A DNA stretch of 64,000 nt from an uncultured bacterium. GTDB taxonomy: Bacteria > Bacillota > Clostridia > Christensenellales > Borkfalkiaceae. Both the position numbers and the translations under genes were made by a program. The notes beneath the pieces are model-generated. The model had not been told where the DNA came from. It saw only the letters and a program-made list of their open reading frames with translations, and searched no databases. The stretch is from assembly GCA_949746255.1 (NCBI GenBank), contig CATKAP010000212.1:1689-65688 (forward strand). Reading direction: 5' to 3'. This document shows positions 1 through 11,200 of the stretch, one piece after another; position 1 is the stretch's first letter, and each line of letters begins with the position of its first letter.

Positions 1-2430
1 TATACCGCTGTTGCTGATTGTTCCGCCGTTGCCGCTGCTTGCGTAAATGCTCTTATCGCTCTTCTGAGCGGCGGCGCTATCCGCTTTCACTTTAACCAAA
101 GCAAAGGGACTGAAACTGTCCACTTCCGCAATTATACCGTATTGGGTAATTATAACGGGTATTTCTCTGACGCCGATAATATTGCCGTGCTCGTCATGGT
201 CGTAGTGATAAATTTTATAAGTTACTTCTTCGGTATCGGATCCGAATTCTTCGGGAAAACCGAACGCTACGCGCATATACGAACCGTTGGGCACGTTACG
301 TACAACGCCGCAAATCTGAAGGTTTATTTCATATGTTGCGGTTTCAATAACGTCGCCCTGTTCAAGCCCCGTTTCGGAACCTTCAAGCATGTTTTCCAAC
401 TGCTCGGACTTTTTATCGGAAGGTCTGCTTGCAACGAGAAGGAGCTGACTTCTCTGATTCTCCGCGCACCAATTGCCGTTTTCGTCCTTGAAACCGTTCA
501 TGGAAACGTCCGAAGTATCGAGCATCTTGGGATCGCCCATTACGTTCATATAAAGTCTGCCGTCGTTGAATATCTTACTGCAGACAACGCTCTTCCTCTT
601 AAAACTGTACGTGGTATAATGAGGAACTTTACCGCTTTCGGCTCCTACGACATTTGTAGGAATTATGAAATAGTCGGTCTGATTATGTATAAACATCTGG
701 CTGGGCGTCAAAGTGAAAGTAATAGTATCGTTGCCGTCCCATTTAAAATTTTCAATTTTTACATTCTCGGCTATAGTATTATTACCGCGCGCCGTAGTAA
801 TATCCAGCCCTACAGAGTTAGGGTCGGTAACTCCGTCCGCAAGCACAAGCTTTTCGGAATATTTTATAGTAACATCGTAGGTACCTTCAACTTTCAAGTC
901 TCCGGTATTACCGGGCGTAACTTTTATAGGCCAGGGAGGAGCAACATAAGTCCCGAAAGCATCGTTACAGTAAGGCGCGCTTACGTTGGTTAAATGCTCG
1001 TCGGTCATTTCTTCCTGAACGTAAGTGAGATAAATAATAGAGCCGTCGGGGCGGGTTATAGGATCGCCGAAAACATAAAGAGTTTCGTCGGGCGCATAAT
1101 CCATTAACCCGAATTGAATATACTGCATGTTGGGCGTAATGTGAAAAACCGTTTTATCCTCGTGATCTACTTCTGCGAAACCCACTCCGTATTCGGTAAA
1201 AGCCACGGTTTCGTACCAATTTTCCCAAACTATAGCGCCGTTTTTATAATCGCCCAAACGGTAAACAAGATATTTGCCGTCCTCGATAAGTTTTTTTGCG
1301 CCTTTGCCGTCGTAAACAACGTCAAGAGTTAAATTCGTACCATGATTATCGTCCGTTTTCTGGTATTCCCCTTTTAAATTCATACCGCTTGCGTCCTCGT
1401 CCACGCCGTAATTAAAAGGTTTCAACGCGGGATATTTCAATTCGAAATTAGAAGAAGATATAACGCCGTCGGTAATGTGATCGATAGACATAGTCTGTTC
1501 GCCTACAAGCAACCATTCTTCATGCTTTTCGCTTGTGTCGTTCCAGGTTACGTCAACCGCATACCACATGCCTTCAACTCTTACGTAATTCCACATGTGC
1601 GCAACGTACGCCTCGGAACCCGTAGAACGGGAACTGCCCTGAACAAGCACGCAAGGCACGTTAAGTCTATCCATAACGGCTTTAAACGCCTTTGCATAAC
1701 CGCCGCATAACGCTTTACCGTTTACAAGCGCTCCGTAGGAAGTATCCACAAATTCGGCTACGCCGGGTATGGATACGTTTACTCCGTCCGTTATCTGAGT
1801 ACCGTAGGAATATTCGGTATGGTCTATTATGTACTTATTTACGTATTCAACTTTTTCTTTATCGGTAGATTTTGTGCTTGCAACGCTGACTATTTCCGCA
1901 ATCTTTGCTTCATAAGCGTTGATAGCGCTTTCAACTGCGCTTTCACCGTTTATTCCGCCGCCGCGGTAAAGCGAAGATACGCGGCTGGTATCCATATACG
2001 CAACGTTTTGACCGCCCGAAGAACCGGCGCTTATTGAAACGCCGAAAATATCTATATAAAACAAATCGGGATTATCCATTAAAAACGCGTCTCTTCCCGA
2101 ACCGAAAGCCACGGGAATTTTGGGGTTGCCGTTATCCACGTACTCGGTAACCTCCGCGCCTGTAACAACGCCTTCGGCAACCAAGTCCAAATCAACCTGA
2201 CCTCTTTTAAAAGAGCCGTTTTCTTCAAGCTTTTCAAAAGCTTTGTAAAATCTTTCGGCCATTGGATTACGACCAAGCTCGTCGTAAAAATATGTAAGTC
2301 CCACATTTCTGTCGTTAACCAAGGCGTTTACTCTTATGGGGAACAAAAAAGACAACAAACCCCATAAAACCATTAATGCGTAAGCGGCGACAACTAAGGC
2401 AGCCGTAACGCGCTTCGATGTAGATTTCAT
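1..2430 (-). CDS. Transglutaminase-core (Cys-His-Asp) secreted/membrane-anchored protein; C-terminus lies beyond the window edge
   Basis: This gene is absent from the supplied ORF track because it runs off the window. My own minus-strand translation starts at ATG 2430-2428 (GGAGG 5 nt upstream) and stays open for all 810 codons down to nt 1. The N-terminus is a hydrophobic signal/anchor (VTAALVVAAYALMVLWGLLSFLF). The transglutaminase-like triad context is GKALCGGYAKAF (Cys242, nt 1705-1707), AHMWNYV (His278) and AVDVTWND (Asp293). Confidence 0.85.
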   Translation of the reverse strand, partial: MKSTSKRVTAALVVAAYALMVLWGLLSFLFPIRVNALVNDRNVGLTYFYDELGRNPMAERFYKAFEKLEENGSFKRGQVDLDLVAEGVVTGAEVTEYVDNGNPKIPVAFGSGRDAFLMDNPDLFYIDIFGVSISAGSSGGQNVAYMDTSRVSSLYRGGGINGESAVESAINAYEAKIAEIVSVASTKSTDKEKVEYVNKYIIDHTEYSYGTQITDGVNVSIPGVAEFVDTSYGALVNGKALCGGYAKAFKAVMDRLNVPCVLVQGSSRSTGSEAYVAHMWNYVRVEGMWYAVDVTWNDTSEKHEEWLLVGEQTMSIDHITDGVISSSNFELKYPALKPFNYGVDEDASGMNLKGEYQKTDDNHGTNLTLDVVYDGKGAKKLIEDGKYLVYRLGDYKNGAIVWENWYETVAFTEYGVGFAEVDHEDKTVFHITPNMQYIQFGLMDYAPDETLYVFGDPITRPDGSIIYLTYVQEEMTDEHLTNVSAPYCNDAFGTYVAPPWPIKVTPGNTGDLKVEGTYDVTIKYSEKLVLADGVTDPNSVGLDITTARGNNTIAENVKIENFKWDGNDTITFTLTPSQMFIHNQTDYFIIPTNVVGAESGKVPHYTTYSFKRKSVVCSKIFNDGRLYMNVMGDPKMLDTSDVSMNGFKDENGNWCAENQRSQLLLVASRPSDKKSEQLENMLEGSETGLEQGDVIETATYEINLQICGVVRNVPNGSYMRVAFGFPEEFGSDTEEVTYKIYHYDHDEHGNIIGVREIPVIITQYGIIAEVDSFSPFALVKVKADSAAAQKSDKSIYASSGNGGTISNSGI

Positions 2431-2459
2431 ATTTGCCTCCAAATAATATTATTGTTTGT

Positions 2460-2488
2460 ATTATATAAAACGATTTTTAAAATGGCAA
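2460..2488 (-). promoter_or_regulatory. Sigma-70-type promoter for the transglutaminase-like gene
   Basis: On the minus strand I read TTGCCA (2488-2483), a 17-bp spacer and TATAAT (2465-2460). This lies about 30 nt upstream of the ATG at 2430. Confidence 0.6.
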
Positions 2489-2640
2489 CCGAATTTTTAT
2501 ATAAAAGGTTCTAACACGCTTTTTAAACTATATTCGACTCAAAATAAGTTAATATTTAACAGATTTTATATTCCACATTATATATATCTAACAATTAATA
2601 GTTCAAATTAATTACAGCGCTGAAAAGGGTTGATTATACT

Positions 2641-5121
2641 TTATTTTCTGCGCTTTTTAATAATTATGCCCGTAGCTGCACAACCCGCACCTACAACCAC
2701 TACCGCAACCGGAACTATTACAACAGCCGGATTAAAAGTTCCTTCGTTTTCCGCGCCGGAGTCGTCTTTATCCTCTTCCTTAGGAGGCTCGGGTTTGTCG
2801 GGTTCTTCGGGGTCAACCGGTGTGTCAGAGTCGCTTTTTATTTCAAACGTTTGAGTTGCTTCTCCCGTAAAATTGCCCGTACCTTTTAACTTTATCTTCG
2901 CCGTGCCGACGTTAACATTATCGGAATAACCGGCAATAAAGTCAACGTCTTCTTTAAGACTCTTATCCGCCGCTAGTATACCTTCGTTCTCCACAGTGTA
3001 ATTCGGTATTATCGCCGCGCCGTTATATTCGTAACTGCCAGTAACCTTTATAACGGTACCCGCCGATATATCTCTCGGAGTTACCGTTACTATACGGCTT
3101 CCCTGCAACATTTCGTAATTATCGAAGGTTACTTTATAATATATTTCTTTACTATCCGAAACGTTTGTAACTGAAGGTAGTTCAGCGACAAATGTTCCGT
3201 CCTCGGTAAGACAATACAAAATACTGCCGTCCTTCATACCGTCTTCGCCCATAAAACCGGTTGCGTTTACGGTAATTTGATGAGCCAAACCGTCATAAAT
3301 TACGTTAACGCCTTCCGAAACATCCGTAAGTATAGCTTTTTTTATCTCAAACGTCTGCGATTTTACACTGGAAAAGTTACCCGTGCCGGTAAGAGTAATT
3401 GTAGCGGTACCCGCATTTAAATTATCGGTTATAACCGCAGTATAATCCGTGCCGAGCATAAGAGATTTATTTTCTCCTTTAAGTTCCGCATCCGCCGCCG
3501 TATACTCCGGCGTTATTTCCGAACCGATATAAACGTATTCACCCGAAACGGATATTACCGAACCGCTTAAATCGCGGCTTGTTATCGTTACCGTTTTACT
3601 TCCCGTTACGGTGTTGTAGTTTGCAAAAGTTATCTGATAATATATCGTTAACGGACTGCCCGCGTCCGTTAACACGGGGCTTTCGTCAAGCGTGAAAGCC
3701 CCGCTTGAAATTCCGTATCTTACTACCGCCGACGAATTTTCAAACGTATCGTCGCCGATAAAACCCGTAACCGATACGGTTATTCCGTGAGGCGCGCGGT
3801 CGTACACAACGTTTACGTCGGCGGTAGCATCCGTTACCGCCGCCTTGACGATATTAAAAGTTTTTATGCAGGTACCCGTAAAATTGCCTTTTCCCGTCAA
3901 AGTGATCGTTGCCGTACCCGCGTTTATATTATCGGAAAATTCCGCCGTAAAATCGGTGCCGTTTACAAGCGTTTTGTCAGCGATTGTTAAAGCCGAATTG
4001 CTTACGGTAAATTCGGGAACGATTTCGGTACCCGTGTACGTCCGGTCGGCAATAGTAGAAAACTCCGTATTCGCCGCCAAACTCCTCGGCGTAACCGTAA
4101 TTTTTGCACTGCCCGTAAAATCTTTATACGTATCCTTAAAAGTAACTTTATAATAGATTGTCGTGCTCTCCGAAACGTTTGTTACCGTAGGACACGCAGT
4201 AAGATTACAATTATCCGCCGAAACGCCGAATCGGATTGTAGCTTTAGTGCTTAAATAATCGTCGGGATAAAAACCTGTAGCCGAAACAGTTATGTAATGT
4301 TTTTGTCCGTCATAAATAACTCTGACGTCTCGAGTAGTATCCGTTAAAGTTTTCGGCGGGTTTTTGTCGTTAACAGTGCCGCCGTCATGCGAAAATGTTC
4401 CGTTTTCTGATACCTTCACACCGCCGTACAGCGCCCCTCCGTTCATTAAAAATGTTCCTTTATCGCCCACGTAAACGCCGTTTGACGTTTCGTATCCGCA
4501 CAAATTATCGCTAATCGTGCCGCCGTTCATAATAAACGTTGCGTTGGTGTTTACAAGATACACCGCCCCTCCGTAATATTTACAAACATTATCGGCGATT
4601 TTTCCCGATTCAAGAGTAAACTTTCCTCCGTCCACTACTATAGCTCCGCCGTAGTTGCCGTTATATCCGCCGCAAATTACTCCCGTTTTTGACGATGAAC
4701 TGTCCTTTATGGTAAGAGTTCCTTTAACGGTTATTACGCAGCCCCAGTCAATATACGTTGAAAGATTACGGTCTAATTTATATCCGTTTAAATCCAATAT
4801 AATATTTTTATAACTTGGTACTAATAATGAGCGGCTATGCCCTTCTTCAAAACCTGTTCCCGTACCGAATCCGCTTTGTGCGGCTACCCAGTTTTTTGTC
4901 AGTTTAAACATCTGAGGTCTAGCGCTTGTACTTGCCTCAACTTTGGAATTCCATTCGTTCATAAGCGCCGTATCGTAACTATCCGCGGCGGAAGCAACCG
5001 TTTCGGTTTTTGCGTTGATAAAATAATTTACACAACAGGCCGCCGAACAAGCAACGATAAAAATAATACTTAAAATAATGAATTTCGTAGTTTTAAACGT
5101 GTTTTTAAATATCGTTTTCAT
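2641..5121 (-). CDS. Surface repeat protein B (826 aa), a miniature paralog of the giant proteins
   Basis: ATG 5121 has AAGGAGG 8 nt upstream. The protein has an N-terminal signal/anchor (FIILSIIFIVACSAACC) and the adaptor MFKLTKNW...ILDLNGYKLDRNL. A short GG..Y..G.F.M.GG beta-helix-like region follows, then three ~168-aa two-domain units and a Pro/Glu/Asp-rich linker. The C-terminal TM helix is VVIVPVAVVVVGAGCAATGIII followed by KKRRK. Confidence 0.92.
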   Translation of the reverse strand: MKTIFKNTFKTTKFIILSIIFIVACSAACCVNYFINAKTETVASAADSYDTALMNEWNSKVEASTSARPQMFKLTKNWVAAQSGFGTGTGFEEGHSRSLLVPSYKNIILDLNGYKLDRNLSTYIDWGCVITVKGTLTIKDSSSSKTGVICGGYNGNYGGAIVVDGGKFTLESGKIADNVCKYYGGAVYLVNTNATFIMNGGTISDNLCGYETSNGVYVGDKGTFLMNGGALYGGVKVSENGTFSHDGGTVNDKNPPKTLTDTTRDVRVIYDGQKHYITVSATGFYPDDYLSTKATIRFGVSADNCNLTACPTVTNVSESTTIYYKVTFKDTYKDFTGSAKITVTPRSLAANTEFSTIADRTYTGTEIVPEFTVSNSALTIADKTLVNGTDFTAEFSDNINAGTATITLTGKGNFTGTCIKTFNIVKAAVTDATADVNVVYDRAPHGITVSVTGFIGDDTFENSSAVVRYGISSGAFTLDESPVLTDAGSPLTIYYQITFANYNTVTGSKTVTITSRDLSGSVISVSGEYVYIGSEITPEYTAADAELKGENKSLMLGTDYTAVITDNLNAGTATITLTGTGNFSSVKSQTFEIKKAILTDVSEGVNVIYDGLAHQITVNATGFMGEDGMKDGSILYCLTEDGTFVAELPSVTNVSDSKEIYYKVTFDNYEMLQGSRIVTVTPRDISAGTVIKVTGSYEYNGAAIIPNYTVENEGILAADKSLKEDVDFIAGYSDNVNVGTAKIKLKGTGNFTGEATQTFEIKSDSDTPVDPEEPDKPEPPKEEDKDDSGAENEGTFNPAVVIVPVAVVVVGAGCAATGIIIKKRRK
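2845..4352 (-). repeat. Three tandem ~503-nt coding units (two Ig/MBG-like domains each) in protein B
   Basis: Each unit starts with the recurring motif (T/A)LTD...Y D(G/R)..H.ITV..TGF. Each unit ends with NAGTATITLTG.GNF(T/S)...TF.I.K. The same unit type is seen five times in protein A. Confidence 0.8.
4360..4740 (-). other. Beta-helix-like Gly-rich repeat region of protein B (approximate limits)
   Basis: I read the repeats GGYNGNYGGAIVVDGGKFTLESGKIADN, YYGGAVYLVNTNATFIMNGGTISDN and GVYVGDKGTFLMNGGALYGG. Confidence 0.55.
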
Positions 5122-5154
5122 AAAAATCCTCCTTTAAAACTAAATTTTGCATTT

Positions 5155-5191
5155 GTATAAAAACAGCCTAACTGTAAAAACCTTTAGGCTG
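5155..5191 (-). terminator. Intrinsic terminator after the 19-kb gene (bidirectional shape)
   Basis: The stem is CAGCCTAA (5164-5171) paired with TTAGGCTG (5184-5191). T-runs follow on both strands. It lies 34 nt downstream of the stop at 5225. Confidence 0.7.
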
Positions 5192-5224
5192 CTTTTATAA
5201 TTTTTTTGTTAAACGTTATGCTTT

Positions 5225-8200
5225 TTATTCTTTGTCAAGCTCCTCGGAATAATCTTCGGTAAATCCGTCTTCGTCAATATACCCGCCGCCGGCAACGCTT
5301 GACCCGCGCCGTTTTACGGCTATAAGTATTATTATGAGAAGCAACATCAAAGCAAATCCGCCGGCTATTGCCGCAATCGCCCAGACGGGCATTCTAAACC
5401 CTTCGGGTTCCGGTTCCGGAGGCATGGTTATAACAACCGTAACCGCGTCCGTATTTTCGTCGAGTTTATAATTTGCGTTGTCTATCGAAATCTTTATACC
5501 GAAAGTTCCCGCATTTACTGCGTCCGTACCGCTGAAAATTTTCACGGTTACGTTGATTATATCGCCGTTTGCAAGCTCTATCTGAGTCGTTTGACCTAAT
5601 TTAAGCTCGTCAAGTTTTACCGTTGAGCCGACCCCGTCCACAGGAATGAAACCTTTAAGCGTTACAGAAGGAATATGTTCTTCGCCGTCGTACTCAAAAG
5701 ATTTTTCACCCCATTCCGCGGTAATTTTTCTTGCGTTTACCTCATATTTATCAAGGTTTGTATCGGAGTTGGGTTCGTTTGTCGCGCTGTATTTGAATTC
5801 GAGATTCGCATACATAGGATTCTGCAACGCAGCCTCGGTGAAACTAAGCCTTATAACGTATTTTCTCACATCGGAATTTACATCTACAAATCCGTCCGTT
5901 TCACTCACGTCTTCATAAGCAAACGCGCGTGCGAGAAGTTTAAGCTGTTCGTAATCAGCCGCGTCGTTTTTAAACGCTCCGCCTATTTCGAGATATCCGC
6001 CGTCAAGAAGTTCGGGAAGAAGGTTTTTACCTTTTACCGTTTCTCCGTAAGTTACCGTATAAGGTTTGAGGAACGTTACTGTTACATACTTGTCTTTCGG
6101 TTCGATACGAACTTTCCAGATACCGTACTTGGTTTCATGACTTTCCGCCTCTATCCGATAATAAACTACCCAGCTTCCGGCTTGCTTTATTTCGGGAGCG
6201 TTAGACTGCTCGCCAACCGCAAACATCTGCATTATCTGAGCGATTGTCATACCGTCGTGCAGGGTCGCGTCATACTTATCGATATTAACGCTGTAAGTTA
6301 CCGTTGCGGTTTTTCCGCCCTTTAAGGTCAGATATTTGTATTCTCCGCTTTCGTCCTTTTCGCCGAGAGTTATAAAGTAGTTTTGGAATCTGTCTATTAC
6401 GCCGTCCTCGTCGAACCATGTGGAAGAATTTTTGGAAACGCTTATATTGGCTTTACTTACGGTATATGTCGCGGCTTTGCCGTTAAGCTCGTCGTCGCTT
6501 CCCCAACTTCCTCTGAATGTAACGTCGTAATTTGCGTTGCCGCACGAAGGAATAATCGGGTATTTGCCGGCCTCCGCCGTCTGCACATCGTTTACTTCGC
6601 ATGTAAACGTAATATCAAGGTCGTCGCCGGCCATAACACTGCCCTGCGTTACCGTCCAATTGAGTCTGTTTACGTCGATAGTCAAAGCGCCGTAAACGCT
6701 TTCCGCGTCATCGTCTATATGCACGGTCAAACTTCTCGGTTTAATTACATATTCAATCGAAGTGCTTTCACCGCTTTCGTCGAATACGTAACCGCTTAAA
6801 TCTGTTCCGTCCACAGCCTGCATATCGGTTTCCGCCGTATATGTTCCGGCATTTTTATTTGCGCCGCTAACTGTAAGGAATATCTGTTCTCCGTTAAGCC
6901 AAACGTAAGCTACGGGCGCTTGTTCTTCACCGTTATAAACCAAATCTTTGTTGGTCCAATTAAGTTTTACCGAAAGTGTTCCCGTAACAGTGAACGAATA
7001 TACGGAAATCAACTCGCCGTAGTTTGCCGTTCCCGCAAGCGAAACCTGAGCATAATACGTACCCTGAGGAGCTTCCGTTTTTACATATTCTTCGGTTATT
7101 TCCTTTGTACAAGCCGAATCGCTGAAATACTTTATAACAACCGCGCTCGCATTGCCGAACTTGGGCTCGGGGCGGGTTATATACATATTACCGCTTCCTG
7201 CCACAACGGTGCCGCGAACCTCGAATTCCGTAGTCCATTCGTTTTCCGCTTGCAAAATGTTAAATTCCAGAGTTATCGCAGCAAGGGTTGTATCGCTCCA
7301 TCTCGTATTCACATAATCGGCGAGCTGAATAACAACTCTGTATACACCCGCGTCTATACCGCCGTCGTTAAACACAACGATATATTTGCCTGCGGGAATA
7401 TCCGCCGTCAAACGCTGACCGTTATAAATTTTATCCGTAAGTTCAGGCGCGAATACCGTTGCTTTTTCAACCGTGTAAACGCCGTTTGTGAACGTTACGT
7501 CGTAATTGCTCGAATCGGTGCATATACCCGTTATTGCGTATTTTCCAACAGTGGAATTTACAGTTACCGAACTCGTAAGGAAGATTGGTTCTCCCCCGAC
7601 AAAAGTTTGACTTCCGTCGGCGTACCTCCAACCGTTAAAAGTTACCGTATCGCCGTATTCCGCCGTTACGTTGTTTATGATTACCGAAACTTTGCGTTTT
7701 TGGATAGTAAACTCGTGTTCGGATTCGCCCGTCAGCGTTACGTTTCCGCCCGCCAACGTTGCCACAGCCGTATATGTTCCCGCGCGCACGGCCGCACCGC
7801 CGTTCACGGAAACATTGAGTTCCACCCTTTCACCGTTTGCGGTGAAGTAATAAGCTCCGGGCTTCTGCTCTTCTCCGTTGTAAACGAACGGAGCGCTTTC
7901 CCAAACTATTACGTATGCGGAAGGAATTATATCGAATCCTACTGTTGCGCCGTCTTTGGGAAGTTTATAATTTGAATTACTTACAGCCGTAACTTCCGCT
8001 CTGTAATTTATGCCGGCCGCCGTCTGCGCACCGCTAACCGTAAGCACCACTCTGTCGCCGGATATTACGTTTCCCGCTTCCGCATAAGGAAGATGCGATA
8101 ATCCGTCCTGAGTATATTTGAGCGTATCGGAACTCATGGTTTCATCGTTAAACCAATGTACCGTTATCGTTCGTTTTTCTACGGTCAACACGCCCGGAAC

Positions 8201-11200
8201 AAATATTATTTCGTAATTTTCGGAAGTAAGTCCCTTAGGCGTAAGCCTGTAACTGCCGGCGTTTCCGCCCGCAACATATCCGAATTCGAACGCAAGCGCG
8301 CCGCCGAATATACCCGCGGTCGTCTGGGATTCTCCGTTCACAAAACCGTTATAGGACACTCCGTTGGCTACCGGTTCGTCGCCGTATACTACCGTACTGT
8401 CGTTTGCCGTAACCGTAAGGCGCGCTTTTTTAACGGTAAGCGTGGTATACATTGCGGGGATATCTTCATGGTTGCCGTCGCCGACAAACGTTACGGTAAC
8501 GCCGTACACGCCCACGTTTACCGCGCCTGCGCGCTCTATACCGTCAAGCACATAGACAACCTCGGCAGTAACTCCGTTAGGCAATCCTTTAACGGTTATC
8601 AGGTGTTCGGCGCCGTCGTAAACGACTTCCGTACCGGTGAATACCACTCCGGACATATCGTAAGGAGTTTTATTTACGGTAAGAGTACCGCAACTGCCCG
8701 TATCCGAACCGCCGCTTGCCCAACTGCCGCCTGTGAATATTACATCGTAATTCAAATTACCCTTGAACGTGCACGCAATAGGATATTTGCCTGCCGCAGT
8801 TATTTCTCCGCAAGCGAATGTTAAATCGTAGTCGTCGCCTTCAAGGAATTTGTGTTCCGCCGACTGTGAAGCATAAGTCCAGCTCACCGCGCTCATATCC
8901 GGAGTTTCACCGAATTTTATACTTATATCGCCGATGGTTATATAAACCGAACGGGGAGTTACGGAGAAAGAAAATTCTTCGTCGGCATTTACAAACGGCT
9001 CATCGGAATTTATTATCTTAGCCACGTAATCGCCTGCGTTAACTGCCTGCGTCGCCCTTCCGTCTTTGTCGTATACCCCGATATTTTCGGGCTTAACCGA
9101 AATAAATTTGCCGACCGCTCCGTCATAATAGCTTGCCGTGGGTTTTTTAGCCGTACCGTCGTAATACATAGTTGAGTAGTTCCAAACTATTTCGTATTCA
9201 ACGGGATTTTCGTATGCAACGGTAAACACCGTTCTTATACCTTCGGCGGGAAGTTTGTAATTGGCAGCAGCTGTTACTCCGTCCGCAAGATAGATACCCG
9301 TAACTACCGCAACATACCCGTCTCCGACCTTTTCTCTTTCAACTTCGGCTTTGAGAACCAGCGTATCTCCGTTAACGGTATTGCCTGCAACGGCATAAGG
9401 GATATATACTTTACCTTCCTCATAGGTATACGCAAGGTTTGTATCGGTATCCGTTTCACTCTTCTGCCATGTAGCGGTAATTTCGCGAGGAGTAACCGTG
9501 AGCGTTCCGAATACGTACTCGATAACATAGTTATCCGCGTAATTGTTGCCGCTAAGCTCTATAACGTTCTCGTGTTCGCCGGCGCCTTCATAAGCCGCGA
9601 AAGAAAATACAATGTTGCCCAGCACGTCGTCTGCGGAATCGTTAAATGCAAGACCTTCAACGGTATAACCGTATCCGCCTGCAACCGCATTTTGTCCGTA
9701 AACCACGCTGCCGTCGTTTGCCGTAACGGTAAGTTGCGCCTTGTTGACGGTGAGCTCAGCCCAAACGGGTTCGCCCGAACCGTAATGGTTGTCGTCGAAT
9801 TCAAATTCGACTTTTACCTTATAAACGCCGGCGTCTATAGCTCCGTCGATAAGTTCGGTTACACCGTCGGCTTTATAATAAGTATAAATTGCGTTTGCAA
9901 CGCCTTCAGCCGTACCCGTAACATATATATTTTTGACGTTTCCGTCGTAATCGAGAGCTATGTCGTCGAATCTTATTCCCGACAAATCGGACTGTTTTTT
10001 ATTTATCGTAAATGTTTTTTCTACGTTTTCCGGAATTTCGTAATTGTCGGAATCCGCCGTAAACGTAATTATTACTTTATATTCGCCCGCGTCAATTACT
10101 CCGTTTATACCCATTACGACGCCGTTTTTAATATAAGTGCAAACAGCCTTTAAATAAGAAGGTAAACCTGTAATTTCGAGAGCATGCGACAATCCGTCGT
10201 ACGTAACCGTAAGTTTTCCGTATTCCACTCCGCTTAAATCGGGAGAAGCTTTTTTAACGTTTATCCAACCTTCGGTAAATTCCACCTCATAGTTGGAATT
10301 GCCGCACTTACCTGTAATCGCGTATCTGCCCGCGGCTACGCCAACAGTCGTGGCGACGGAAGAAAGAACTACGGGGTTACCGTCTCCAGCCGCAAAATGC
10401 GCGCTGCCCGCGGCATAGGACCAACCGTTCTGCGAAAGAGTAAATTGCTCTCCGTAAATTATATCCGCAACGGAATCGATTATCACGGAAACTTTAAGCT
10501 TGAGTATTGTAAATCCGTGCGTGGAATCTCCGCTTATCAAATCTTTGTTGGGGTCGTCGTCGCGAGGCATAGCTCTTGCGATGTATTCGCCGACGTCTTT
10601 GGATTCTTTTGTAACCGTAACAACAAGTTCGCGCCTTACGCCTTCTTCGTCAAAGTAATAGGCTTTAGGCATCTGAACCTCGCCGTTGTAATATATGGGA
10701 GTATTATCCCAAACGATGTTATACGGCTTTGTCATTACGTCGAAACTGCACTGTCCGCTACCGTCTACGGGTAAAGCATAATTGGGATTACTTAAGCCCG
10801 TGACCTTTGCAACGTAACCGAGTCCGGCAAAACGTTGCCCGCCCGATACCGTAAGCAATACGGAGTCGCCTTCGATAAGCCCTCCGGCTACGGCGTGGGG
10901 AACGAAACTCGTAGTTCCGTCGTAATAATATACAAAGTTCTGCGAACTTTCCGTTTCGTCGTCGTACCAGGTTACCGTAACGGGTTTGGGGACAACTTTT
11001 AAAGTGCCTACTCTGTAATTTATTTCATAATTTTCCGCCGACAGTCCGTAAGGCGTAAACGAATAATTTCCTACGCTGGAACCTTTAACGTAACCGAACG
11101 TGAAGCCGAGCTCGCCGTTCAAAACGTCAGCGGCGCTTTCGCCGGCAACCAACCCGGTACAGGTAATACCGAAGTTTTTCGGTTCTTCGCCGTAAGTTAT

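Noticed and set aside
2079-2306. Short minus-strand ORFs nested inside larger genes (2079-2306, 24978-25199, 33865-34050, 35503-35760, 37656-37880 and others).
   Set aside because: They are out of frame with, and fully contained in, well-supported CDSs. They have no SD sequences or recognisable motifs.
5122-5224. An independent promoter for gene B in the A-B spacer.
   Set aside because: The spacer is almost filled by the gene A terminator and the gene B SD. Only weak -10-like AT-rich hexamers are present, so I cannot support a promoter call. B may be expressed by read-through or from a promoter overlapping the terminator.
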